In this document: one piece after another, positions 9,431-17,967 of the stretch
Layout: each line of letters begins with the position of its first letter
Numbering within the stretch: the stretch's first letter is position 1
NCBI GenBank assembly: GCA_046075565.1
Contig: JBJTQJ010000038.1
Location: 1 to 38,477, forward strand
DNA from: Verrucomicrobiales bacterium
GTDB lineage: Bacteria > Verrucomicrobiota > Verrucomicrobiia > Verrucomicrobiales > SLCJ01
DNA: 38,477 nt
Direction: 5' to 3'
Notes under the pieces: generated by a model
The model's input: only the letters and a program-made list of their open reading frames with translations
Databases searched by the model: none
Told to the model about the DNA's origin: nothing
Position numbers and translations under genes: made by a program

Positions 9431-10096
9431 CCCCAGAGAACCGTGTCCAAACCATTTCCAGTCCACAAGTCCGGCTTCGATGGGATTTCGTGCGACGTCA
9501 GCACTTTGGTGTTCCCATTCCTGTTCGTCCCGGATAATCCGATTGTAGGCATCTTTCTGCCAAAAATCCCCGCTTCCACCTGTGACCTTTTGGATCCGGT
9601 GGGCGGTAAACGATTTCCAAGTGTGGAGGATCTCGCCCAGCGAGTGCCCGGGCCTGGGTCGCACGATGACGTGGACATGATTGGGCATAACACACCAAGC
9701 CCCGAGCGAATATCTCTCTCCGTCGAAATGCCTCAGGGCACCGACCACGATTTCCGCATTTTGAGACTGTCGAAGAAGACAGGAGCCCAGGCCTTGATCA
9801 AGTATAGACTGGAGGCGTGAGGACAAGGCAGACAGTTCATCCGCGACATCTTCACCTCGGGCATTTCGTCCCATCAATAGAATCTTTTCATCCCGGAGTT
9901 TTTCTTTAATCACGGCAGACAGCGAGTCGGCAAGCCGGAAGACAATCGCGTAGGTGGCGCCTGCTAGTTGCCAATGTGGCAGTCCTTGCTGGCCTATGCT
10001 GATATCCAGATTCTCCCAGTCGTCGAAAGGAGGCAGTTCGCCAACAGGCAAGAGCGGGACAATCCCGTTTGAATGGTTGGCAGAGACCCTGTTCAT
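9368..10096 (-). CDS. REP-associated tyrosine transposase (RAYT, HUH/Y1 family), possibly inactive
   Basis: LPHW…TYAIVFRLADSL, CVMPNHVH (HUH), WKSFTA, FWQ…RIIRD, NP..AGL; flanked by GTAG REPs. Confidence 0.9.
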   Translation of the reverse strand: MNRVSANHSNGIVPLLPVGELPPFDDWENLDISIGQQGLPHWQLAGATYAIVFRLADSLSAVIKEKLRDEKILLMGRNARGEDVADELSALSSRLQSILDQGLGSCLLRQSQNAEIVVGALRHFDGERYSLGAWCVMPNHVHVIVRPRPGHSLGEILHTWKSFTAHRIQKVTGGSGDFWQKDAYNRIIRDEQEWEHQSADVARNPIEAGLVDWKWFGHGSLGQERHALATVPESSSTHPRPS

Positions 10097-10110
10097 AAGT
10101 GTTTCGGCTT

Positions 10111-10172
10111 TAGGGCAAGACCGGGACGGTCTTGCTACGATGGGCGTGGGGAAGGTTTGAGCTGGATTCCGG
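10111..10172. repeat. REP and right direct repeat flanking the RAYT gene
   Basis: Minus-strand GTAG-CAAGACCG-TCC-CGGTCTTG (10116-10138). Shares TAGGGCAAGACCGGGA, GCTACGATGGGCGTGGG and GAGCTGGATTCCGG with 9335-9403. Confidence 0.85.
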
Positions 10173-10177
10173 AGGCA

Positions 10178-10624
10178 TCACTCCTGCTGGACGCTGGAGA
10201 TGTCGTCAGCGGTATTCATCTTTTTGTCGGGACCGGCGGAGACGATCTCGAAATCAGCGCCGCCTTTGCGGGCGGGCCTGTAGTAGGCGAAAGGGGTTTC
10301 CCATGCGTCCAGAAGGTCGCCATCATCATTGACCAACTTGACCCAGCGGAGCGGCACGGGACGATCCAATGGTTTTTCCACGAGGGCCTTGAGCCCTTGT
10401 TTGGCACTGGGGACGACTCCACCGTTTGTCTGGTAAAGCAATACCGCGGCACAAAGCTGCATGACCTTCGCTTCGGTGGTGACAATCATTGCCTTTTCGG
10501 CAGGTGGCGGGGCATTTTCCTCCGCTCGCAAGGGCAGCCAGGCAGCTGCCGCGAAGCAGATCACGCCGCAAAGATAGAAGCAGCGCCGCCTGCGCTTACT
10601 CCGGTTTGACGCTGGAGATGTCAT
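10178..10624 (-). CDS. GspG-like pseudopilin head-domain paralog lacking the prepilin motif
   Basis: About 70% identical to the adjacent GspG head by manual alignment (YQTNGG, QGLxALVEKP, EIVSAGPDKKMNTxDDISS). N-terminus is basic plus hydrophobic, ending LRA-EE, with no G|FxxxE. Start codon uncertain. Confidence 0.8.
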   Translation of the reverse strand: MTSPASNRSKRRRRCFYLCGVICFAAAAWLPLRAEENAPPPAEKAMIVTTEAKVMQLCAAVLLYQTNGGVVPSAKQGLKALVEKPLDRPVPLRWVKLVNDDGDLLDAWETPFAYYRPARKGGADFEIVSAGPDKKMNTADDISSVQQE

Positions 10625-11042
10625 CGTCGGTATTCATTTTTTTGTCTGGACCGGCGGAGACGATCTCGTATTCACCGCCGCCTTTGCGGGCGGGGCTGTA
10701 GTAGGCGAGCGGGATTTTCCATCCGTCCACGAGATCGGATTCGTTGGCCAGTTTGACCCAACGGTTGGGCACGGGGCGGCCGCCGGGTTTTTCCACGAGC
10801 GCGCGCAGGCCTTGTTCGGTGCTCGGGACAGTGCCTCCATTCGTTTGGTAGCTGGAGACGGCGGCGGAAAGCTGGCTGATCTTGGCGTCGGTGGCGGCGA
10901 TCTTGGCGGTGTCGCCGAAGCCTCCCATTCGGCTGAGCACGGCACCCATGAGGATGACGATGATGCCGACGACGAGCATGATTTCGATGAGGGTGAAGCC
11001 GGCTGGGGCGGCCGCGCGGCGGATGGGCGACTGGATCTTCAT
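10596..11042 (-). CDS. gspG: Type II secretion major pseudopilin GspG
   Basis: AG|FTLIEIMLVVGII; PSTEQGLRALVEKP; DGW..P..Y; SAGPD…TDDDI. Confidence 0.92.
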   Translation of the reverse strand: MKIQSPIRRAAAPAGFTLIEIMLVVGIIVILMGAVLSRMGGFGDTAKIAATDAKISQLSAAVSSYQTNGGTVPSTEQGLRALVEKPGGRPVPNRWVKLANESDLVDGWKIPLAYYSPARKGGGEYEIVSAGPDKKMNTDDDISSVKPE

Positions 11043-11067
11043 GGTGTTTTTCGGGTGGGGTGGGGGA

Positions 11068-12306
11068 CTATTTGATTTTTCCGAAACTGGAGAAGGATTG
11101 GAAGATGGCGGAGATGACGAGGTAAACCATCGCACCGACCATGAGGGCGACGATGACGATGATCACCGGTTGAATGAGCGCCATGATCTTCTGAATTTGT
11201 GCGGAAAGCTCGCGGTCGAACCTGCGGGCGGCATGGCGGAGAGCCTGGGGTAGGTCGCCCGTGGACTCGCCAACGGCGACCATGTCCACGAGTTCGGGTG
11301 GGAAAACATCGGCTTTCTGAAGGGCGCGGGAAAAGGAGCTGCCATCGGCCACCGACGCGCACGCCGAGTCGAGACGGGAGCGCACGTGCACATTGGCGAA
11401 CGTGTTGCGGGTCAGCTCGAGCCCGCGCAGGAGGGGCAAACCATTCGAGACGAGGTTGGCGAGGGTTTCGAGAAACTGCACCTGCATCGAAGTGGTGAGC
11501 AGATTGCCCACGGCGGGCATGGACATTTTCCATTTGTCCCAGACCGGGCGGTTTTTTTCATCCTGTGTCCATTGCCAGCAGAAATAAACGACACCGCCGA
11601 TGAGCAGGAGCAGGAACCACCACCATTTTTGCAGGAACTCGCTCGTGCCGAGAATGATCTTCGTGCCGAGCGGCATAGCACCGCCGCTCTCCTTGAGCAG
11701 GTCGCCGAGGTCGGGCAAGAGCACGGTGAGGAAAAGCACGGCCACCCCGATGGCGACGGCGACCAGGAAGGCCGGATAGATGAGCGAACTGGCCACTTTG
11801 CTGCGCAGCTCGGCGACCTGGGCGAGGAATTTTGCCTGGCGCGAGAGAATGGCGGGCAGCGCACCGGAGGCTTCGCCGGCTACGGCGAGGCTGCAGTAGA
11901 GTTCGTCGAAGCTTGGCGAGGCATTCCGCAGGGCGGGACCGAAGTTGCTGCCTTCCATGACGGAATTGCGCAGGCGTTTGCTCACGGCGGCGAGGCGCGG
12001 GTTGCCGCCGCGATTGGCCATCGAGCGCAGTGCGGGCTCGAGCGGCAGCCCGGCGTCTAACAAATCGGAGAGTTCTTCGGTGAACAGAATCAAGTCGGCG
12101 CGCTTGAGCTTCACCGGTTGCGAATCATCAATTTCCGATTCTTTCTTCGCGGCCACCACAATGGCGGGCGAGGCTTCCGCGATTTCCGTCGGTTGCAATC
12201 CGGTGCGCACGAGCCGCCGCAGGGCCATGGATCGGCTCTCGGCTTCAAGAGTGCCGGAAACGGCTCCTCCATCGGCAGCGACGGCTTTGTAGCGGAAGGC
12301 GGGCAT
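11068..12306 (-). CDS. gspF: Type II secretion inner-membrane platform protein GspF/PilC
   Basis: LSDLLDAGLPL, GEASGAL, LIYPAF, GESTGDL duplicated T2SSF domains. Confidence 0.93.
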   Translation of the reverse strand: MPAFRYKAVAADGGAVSGTLEAESRSMALRRLVRTGLQPTEIAEASPAIVVAAKKESEIDDSQPVKLKRADLILFTEELSDLLDAGLPLEPALRSMANRGGNPRLAAVSKRLRNSVMEGSNFGPALRNASPSFDELYCSLAVAGEASGALPAILSRQAKFLAQVAELRSKVASSLIYPAFLVAVAIGVAVLFLTVLLPDLGDLLKESGGAMPLGTKIILGTSEFLQKWWWFLLLLIGGVVYFCWQWTQDEKNRPVWDKWKMSMPAVGNLLTTSMQVQFLETLANLVSNGLPLLRGLELTRNTFANVHVRSRLDSACASVADGSSFSRALQKADVFPPELVDMVAVGESTGDLPQALRHAARRFDRELSAQIQKIMALIQPVIIVIVALMVGAMVYLVISAIFQSFSSFGKIK

Positions 12307-12313
12307 GGGAAAA

Positions 12314-13996
12314 TCAATCCACTTCGGTCGAGGTGGCGCTTACCACTTCCTCGAGAGTTGTTTCACCGGCAAGGACCTTTTCCCAGCCATATTCGCGCAT
12401 GGGGCGGAAGCCGTCTTTTTTCGCCTGCACGAAGAGAGCGGAACCGGTGGCGCGCGCGGTGATGAGTTCTTGCAGGGCCTTGGTCACCATGGCGATTTCG
12501 TAGATGGCGAGTCGCCCGCGGAAACCGGTGTTGCGGCATTGCTCGCAGCCAACCGGTTCGCAAGCGCGCGGTGTGCCGGTGATTTCCAATCCCGCCTGCG
12601 CGGCCTTGGTCGCATCGAGTTTTGTCGGTCGTTTGCACGCCGGGCACAAACGCCGCACAAGACGTTGGGCGAGGAACGCGCGCACCGAAGCGGCCAACAG
12701 GAATGGCTCGACGCCCATGTCGGTCAAACGGGAAATGCCGCCGAGCGAGTCGTTCGTGTGCAGGGTGCTGAACACAAGGTGACCGGTTAGCGAGGCGCGG
12801 ATGGCGATTTCGGCGGTTTCGAGGTCGCGGATTTCCCCGATCATCACGACATTCGGATCGGCCCGCAGGATGCTGCGCAGTCCGTTGGCGAAGGTGAGGT
12901 TAATCTCGGGGCGCACGGCGATTTGCATAATGCCATCGAGTTTGTTTTCCACCGGATCCTCGATCGTGACGATGCGGCGGTGAGGGGAATTCAACTCGCT
13001 CAGGAATGTGTAAAGACTGGTTGATTTACCGGATCCGGTCGGGCCGGTGATAAGCACGATGCCATTCGATACCTTGAGCAGCCGGCGGATGTTGTCCTCG
13101 ATGTGCGGTAGCATCATGAGGCGCGAGAGATTGAATCGTTCCTGGTTGAGGAGACGCAGGCTCACGCTTTCGCCTTCGACGGTTGGCACGGTGGCGACCC
13201 GCACGTCGATGCTGTTGCCGCCGAGTTGGAGATTGATCCGTCCGTCCTGGGGTAGGCGGCGCTCGGCGATATCGAGGCGCGACATGATTTTCAACCGCGC
13301 GATCACCGCCGATTGGAGGCTCTTGATACGTTCGGGCACGGCCACTTCGACGAGTCCGCCGTCGATCCGGTAACGGATGCGCAGGTTTTCCTGCAATGGC
13401 TCGACGTGGATATCCGTCGCCCGTTGTTCGAGAGCTTCGCGGATGATCTGGTTGACGAATTTCACCACCGAAGCTTCCTCGTCGTCGCCATCGAGAATCC
13501 GTGCTTCATCCTTGATGTCGAGGCCTTCTTCTTCACCGGCTCGACCGGCCAAGATCTCTTCGAAGGTATCGGCACCAACGCCATAGACTTCCTGCAATGC
13601 CGCGAGCAATCGGCGGCGGGAAGCGACAACATATTCGACCGCTCCGGAAAACTGACGTGCCACCGTCTGGCGGGCCAGCAGGTCCAGCGGATCATAAACC
13701 GCCGCCACCATGCGCCCGTGTTCCTCATCCACCTCCAAGCCGAGCACACGATGCCGCAACGCCACCCGCGCGGGAAGGATTTTCCGGACCAGATCCCGTT
13801 CTTCCGTAACGGGAAACTCCACGTGGCGCAGGCCGAGAAGCTTCGCGAGTTCGGCGGCCAGTTTGTCCTCATCAATGCCCTCGTGCTCGAGCACGGCGTC
13901 CACCACGGCTTCCGTGCCGGTGGACAAAACATTTGAGAGGGTCTGACGGACATCGTCAGCCACGTCATCGAGCATGGGCTGGGCGGGTGGAGGCAT
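12314..13996 (-). CDS. gspE: Type II secretion ATPase GspE/PulE
   Basis: ATDIHVEP, ERRLPQDGR, GPTGSGKS, TIEDPVE, GEIRD, TGHLVFSTLHTN, and CxxC…CxxC. Confidence 0.95.
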   Translation of the reverse strand: MPPPAQPMLDDVADDVRQTLSNVLSTGTEAVVDAVLEHEGIDEDKLAAELAKLLGLRHVEFPVTEERDLVRKILPARVALRHRVLGLEVDEEHGRMVAAVYDPLDLLARQTVARQFSGAVEYVVASRRRLLAALQEVYGVGADTFEEILAGRAGEEEGLDIKDEARILDGDDEEASVVKFVNQIIREALEQRATDIHVEPLQENLRIRYRIDGGLVEVAVPERIKSLQSAVIARLKIMSRLDIAERRLPQDGRINLQLGGNSIDVRVATVPTVEGESVSLRLLNQERFNLSRLMMLPHIEDNIRRLLKVSNGIVLITGPTGSGKSTSLYTFLSELNSPHRRIVTIEDPVENKLDGIMQIAVRPEINLTFANGLRSILRADPNVVMIGEIRDLETAEIAIRASLTGHLVFSTLHTNDSLGGISRLTDMGVEPFLLAASVRAFLAQRLVRRLCPACKRPTKLDATKAAQAGLEITGTPRACEPVGCEQCRNTGFRGRLAIYEIAMVTKALQELITARATGSALFVQAKKDGFRPMREYGWEKVLAGETTLEEVVSATSTEVD

Positions 13997-14043
13997 TTGA
14001 AATACTTTAACCCTCGATTAGCGTCCGGGAAACGTAAAACCTG

Positions 14044-14475
14044 TCAAATTTCCGAAACTTCCCCCTGAACGACCACCACCACCTCCCGGGTGTGGGATTG
14101 GCGGCGGTGTTCGAAAAGAAAAATCCCCTGCCAAGTGCCCAGCAACATGCGCCCGCCGGAGACCGGGACAACCTCCGAGGTGCGCGTCAAGGCCATGCGG
14201 ATGTGGCTTGGCATGTCATCCGGTCCTTCCATCGTGTGACGGAACCAAGACGTGTCTTCCGGGACCAAGCGCCGGAAAAACTCCTCCAAATCCCGCCGCG
14301 CCGTCGGATCGGCATTTTCCATGATGACGAGGCTCGCGCTCGTGTGCCGGACAAAAACCGTCACCGTGCCCACCGCAATCCCACTCGCACGGACGATCTC
14401 CGCCACTTCATCGGTGATTTCCCATGTGCCCTGTCCCCGCGTTTGGACACGAATCCGGCTCAAATGTGTGCTCAT
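14044..14475 (-). CDS. yjbQ: YjbQ/UPF0047 family protein (secondary thiamine-phosphate synthase-like)
   Basis: HTSASLVIMENADP, HTMEGPDDMPSH, LGTWQGIFLFEHR; ATG at 14475. Confidence 0.92.
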   Translation of the reverse strand: MSTHLSRIRVQTRGQGTWEITDEVAEIVRASGIAVGTVTVFVRHTSASLVIMENADPTARRDLEEFFRRLVPEDTSWFRHTMEGPDDMPSHIRMALTRTSEVVPVSGGRMLLGTWQGIFLFEHRRQSHTREVVVVVQGEVSEI

Positions 14476-14870
14476 GCCGCAAGGTAACCGGGCCCGAAAG
14501 CGGGTAAAGCCCGTGAAATGCGCAGTCAGAAGAAAAACGAACGTCGTTTTTGGTTGAGACGGGCTTCGAGGGACGCTAGATGGAAGTGGTGGCGAAAAAA
14601 TCCCACCCCCCTGCCTGTAGCCCGACAAGGCAACCGGCCTGAAGCCCTGCCCCTCGGGCACGCGGCGCGTTGGATGCTGCGGGATTCCCTGTTTTCCGAG
14701 GACCCCGGAAGGCAGCGCCTCCACGTGCGCCTGACCTTTCCCCGAAAACGTCGGCACTCTTGCTGAAAACCTACTGGACCAGCCGGGATTGCAGTCAAGT
14801 CCTCAGGATTCGCGTGCGTCCTGAGCCCGGCGCTCGCCTGTCGTGTGTGGGGAGAATCGGAATACGGCGC

Positions 14871-14899
14871 TTGCCACAACCATTTTGGTTGCGTAGAAT
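14871..14899 (+). promoter_or_regulatory. Sigma70-type promoter with operator palindrome for the TA operon
   Basis: TTGCCA-N17-TAGAAT; the spacer holds CAACCA-TTT-TGGTTG (14877-14891). ATG lies 7 nt after the -10 hexamer. Confidence 0.75.
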
Positions 14900-14905
14900 C
14901 ACGGT

Positions 14906-15157
14906 ATGGCATCGATCACCATCAAGAACATTCCGGAAGCGCTGCACTTCGTTTACCGTCGGCGGGCCAAGGCCCATGCCCGCAGCTTGCAGGCGGAGAT
15001 TCTTCACACCCTTGCCCGCAGTGTGGCCGCGCCAGACGAAACCGGGCAGATGGAGGTGAAAGAGGTGGCAGGCATGCTCAAGCCCAGGCGCAAGGGCGTG
15101 ACGATCGAACAAATGCGTGAAGGTATCGGACAATCGCTCCGGAAGTCATGGAAATGA
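14906..15157 (+). CDS. FitA-like ribbon-helix-helix antitoxin
   Basis: MASITIKNIPEAL…RRAKAHARSLQAEILHTL pattern; ATGA overlap with the downstream PIN gene. Confidence 0.85.
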   Translation: MASITIKNIPEALHFVYRRRAKAHARSLQAEILHTLARSVAAPDETGQMEVKEVAGMLKPRRKGVTIEQMREGIGQSLRKSWK

Positions 15158-15597
15158 TCGCGGTCGACACCAATGTGGTCGTCCGCTTTCTCGTCGATGA
15201 TCATCCTGTTGAAGGAAACCGTGCTCGGAGAGTTTTCGAGGACAATCGGGTGCTCCTTCTGGAAAGTGTCCTTCTCGAAACCGAGTGGGTTTTGCGTGCC
15301 GTTTACGATTTTTCCCGCGAGGAAATATCCCGGGCGATTCGAGCACTCATGGCCTTGTCAACGGTTTCCGTGGATGATCGAATGCTGCTCCTGAATGTGC
15401 TCGATTCCTATGACGACGGCTTTGATTATGCGGATGCCCTGCATTATGCCCGAAGCGGAGGCCTCGAGCTAATCACCTTCGACTGCAAGTTCCTCAACCG
15501 GAGCAAGAAGCGCAACTGGCGGGTCAATGGGCCCTATGCAGACTTACAGCCAGACTCACGCGCGCCATCCACTGTCGTCCCGCACCGACGGAGATGA
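15154..15597 (+). CDS. vapC: VapC/PIN-domain toxin
   Basis: MIAVDTNVVVR, LLETEWVL, DYADALH, ITFD acidic tetrad. Confidence 0.9.
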   Translation: MIAVDTNVVVRFLVDDHPVEGNRARRVFEDNRVLLLESVLLETEWVLRAVYDFSREEISRAIRALMALSTVSVDDRMLLLNVLDSYDDGFDYADALHYARSGGLELITFDCKFLNRSKKRNWRVNGPYADLQPDSRAPSTVVPHRRR

Positions 15598-15607
15598 TCC
15601 CGGTTTG

Positions 15608-15718
15608 GGAGCTACCACAATCTTGTGGTAGCCGTGCCCGGAAAGCCAAGGAGAATGCCGCCCCTCAGACCTTCCACTCTCCACCAAAGCGCCACCACGA
15701 CAAGATTGTCGTGGCTCC
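15608..15718. repeat. Inverted GGAG-REP pair
   Basis: GGAG-CTACCACAA-TC-TTGTGGTAG (15608-15631, +) and GGAG-CCACGACAA-TC-TTGTCGTGG (15695-15718, -). Confidence 0.78.
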
Positions 15719-15769
15719 GAACGTCCGATGTCGGCGGACATGCCCCCTTTGCCGAATACGAATCTGGAG

Positions 15770-16654
15770 TCAATTCCCCTCGGCGATTGCCTCCGCCTCC
15801 TGCTTGCGAATTTCCCGGAAGGCGGGGGCCAGTTGCGACGGTTCGCCTCTCCCTTCAATATTGATGGCGCCCTTCCATCCGGCCTTGGCCAGCACGCGGA
15901 ACCATGGACGGAAGTCATCCCCTTTGATTCCAGGATAGCTCCGGCCATCCTTTTCCGCGATTTCCATTTGCACCACCACATCCAGGTTGCGCTTTAGATC
16001 CTCGGGAGTGTCGCCCACCGAGGCCATGTGATAAAGGTCGGCGAGTGCCTTCACATGCGGGTGATCGGCTTTGCGGATCAATTCGCCAAGGTGATTGATG
16101 TGATTCAAAAAATTGCACTCCTCTTTACGCAATTGTTCAACCACGATGGTCACGCCATGCTTTTCTGCCACCGGGCCGAGTCGTTTCAAAAGCGCCACCA
16201 TCTGCTCGTCCGCCTGCTCCTTGGTCCAGTCTTTGGGAATTCGCCGTGCGCTCGAGCTGCCGAACACGACGAACTTTCCTCCGGCCTTCGCCAGACGGCG
16301 GCAAACAATTTCCGCCCACGCCACTGCTGCATCGTGCTGGGACTCCGGCCCCACCACCGTGTGTTTGCCTTTTTGCAGGAATCCGTTGCACGCCAGCACT
16401 TGCAGACCGGCTTCCCGCGCTTTGGCCAGATTTTTTTCGAAAACCTCCTCGGATTGCTCCGGACACAAGAAATCCGCCGTGCTCACGGTGACAAAGTCTG
16501 CCCCCGACTCCTTCACCTGCTTCATTGAGTCCGGCTTTGCAGCACAGCCAAGCGAGGAAAAAATTTCTGCCTTCGCCGCAGGTTCGCGGGCCGGCGACAT
16601 GCCGACGAGGAATAGGAGCATTGCAGCGAGGATGGTTCCGCATTTCATACCCAT
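15770..16654 (-). CDS. Exported sugar phosphate isomerase/epimerase (TIM barrel)
   Basis: Signal-like N-terminus; VVFGSSSARR, IVVEQL…ECNF, LADLYHM, INIEG. Start at 16654 or 16648. Confidence 0.85.
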   Translation of the reverse strand: MGMKCGTILAAMLLFLVGMSPAREPAAKAEIFSSLGCAAKPDSMKQVKESGADFVTVSTADFLCPEQSEEVFEKNLAKAREAGLQVLACNGFLQKGKHTVVGPESQHDAAVAWAEIVCRRLAKAGGKFVVFGSSSARRIPKDWTKEQADEQMVALLKRLGPVAEKHGVTIVVEQLRKEECNFLNHINHLGELIRKADHPHVKALADLYHMASVGDTPEDLKRNLDVVVQMEIAEKDGRSYPGIKGDDFRPWFRVLAKAGWKGAINIEGRGEPSQLAPAFREIRKQEAEAIAEGN

Positions 16655-16766
16655 GAAGAACGTGGCCGGGTATGTGGTCCTTTCGACGGCATTCAACTCG
16701 GTTTCGTCCGTCGGGCTCGGCACTTTTGCAGCAAGTTCTCCACCCATTGCCCCGTTATCGTAGCCC

Positions 16767-17471
16767 ATGAACCGGATTTTTCTCCTCCCTGTGGTCGCCG
16801 CAACCGCTTTGCTGGCTTCCTGCTCTTCCGAAACCAAACCCCCCGCTCCGGAAACAACCGCGCCCCGGAAAGTTCCGGTGGCCATCGCCCTCTTCAACGG
16901 CAAGGACTTCGATGGATGGTCGCACGTGCTCGTCGGGGATGTGGCCATGCAGGATGTCTGGAGCGTGTCCGATGGCGTCATCGTCTGCAAAGGTGAACCC
17001 CTCGGTTTCCTCCACACCAAAGAATCCTACCAGGATTACACGCTCACCTTCGAATGGCGATGGGCACCGGGACGCGAGCCAGGCAACAGCGGCGTCCTCC
17101 TGCGCATCGCCAGCAAAGCCGAAACCTTCATGCCAAAATGTGTGGAAGCCCAGCTCAAGCACGGTTCCGCCGGCGACATCTGGGCGTTCTACGGCGCCGG
17201 CATCAAGAGCGAAGGCGAACGCGCCCGTGAAGTGAAAGCGAACCCGAACCTCGGCGACTTCAAAGGAGTCGCAAAAATCAAAGACGCTGAAAAGCCACCC
17301 GGCGAATGGAACCGCTGCGAAATCACCGTTTCCGGCGATACCCTCACCCTCAAGATCAATGGTGAACTCGTGAACGAAGCCTCCGGCCTCGACATCGTTT
17401 CGGGGCCCATCGGATTCCAATCCGAAGGCGCCGAAATCCACTTCCGGAACATCGCGCTGCAGAAACTCTGA
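16767..17471 (+). CDS. DUF1080 (3-keto-disaccharide hydrolase-like) lipoprotein
   Basis: Lipobox LLASC; LFNGKDFDGW, GNSGV, EAQL, GEWN, IGFQSEG..I.FRNI. Confidence 0.9.
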   Translation: MNRIFLLPVVAATALLASCSSETKPPAPETTAPRKVPVAIALFNGKDFDGWSHVLVGDVAMQDVWSVSDGVIVCKGEPLGFLHTKESYQDYTLTFEWRWAPGREPGNSGVLLRIASKAETFMPKCVEAQLKHGSAGDIWAFYGAGIKSEGERAREVKANPNLGDFKGVAKIKDAEKPPGEWNRCEITVSGDTLTLKINGELVNEASGLDIVSGPIGFQSEGAEIHFRNIALQKL

Positions 17472-17528
17472 CCCCGCGACCTCACCCACCCCGTGGCATC
17501 CACGCAGAGGCGGGTGCGGGCGGGGCGG

Positions 17529-17967
17529 TTAAGCCACCTCCGTCTTCTTGGCCTTGGCCCGGTAGATCAGATAGCCCAGACCACCGAGAAATATAAGAGG
17601 CCCGATATAGAGGAAAAAGACCTCGTCCTCCGAGCCTTCGGGCAGGATCGCGATCTGCGGATCGGCAGGCACGTATTTGACCTTCACCGTGTCGCGGGTG
17701 ATCGTGCCATTGCTGCCGAGACTCTCGAAGAAAGCCTTGCTGACCTTGAACTCCTTGGTCACCGGCTTGTTTTCCGCCGGATACATCACCGTCACCTTGT
17801 AGCTCTTGCTCCTGCGACTGGATCTGGATTCGCCTTCGGTCGGTATCCCGTCAACTTCCACCCCTTCCTTGGCAATACGGTCGAGGATGGATTTTTCCTT
17901 GAACCCGGTGATGGTGAAAAAGGGGCCAATGAGCAGGGCGAGAACAGCGATGAGGATCGCCTTTCAT
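17529..17967 (-). pseudogene. DUF3592-like two-TM membrane protein with a +1 frameshift in codon 2
   Basis: ATGAAAGGCGATC: deleting one A gives MKAILIAVLALLIGPFFTITGFKEK…, in frame with the 17529-17861 ORF (VKYVPADPQ, C-terminal TM). Confidence 0.65.

Noticed and set aside
8773-9693. 306-aa extended ORF fusing RAYT-region sequence to the GspH-like gene
   Set aside because: The extension is an alternative frame across RAYT and the REPs; the prepilin motif places the real start at 9303.
10178-10900. gspG/gspG' similarity as a diversity-generating retroelement TR/VR pair
   Set aside because: Differences are not adenine-specific, both copies are coding, and no reverse transcriptase is present in the window.
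14520-14830. Intergenic region with hairpins (AAAAACGA/TCGTTTTT; CTCAGGA/TCCTGAG) and TGGTGG, as a possible tRNA remnant or ncRNA
   Set aside because: No T-loop (GTTCGA) at the right spacing and no recognisable RNA family; an Infernal/Rfam scan would be needed.
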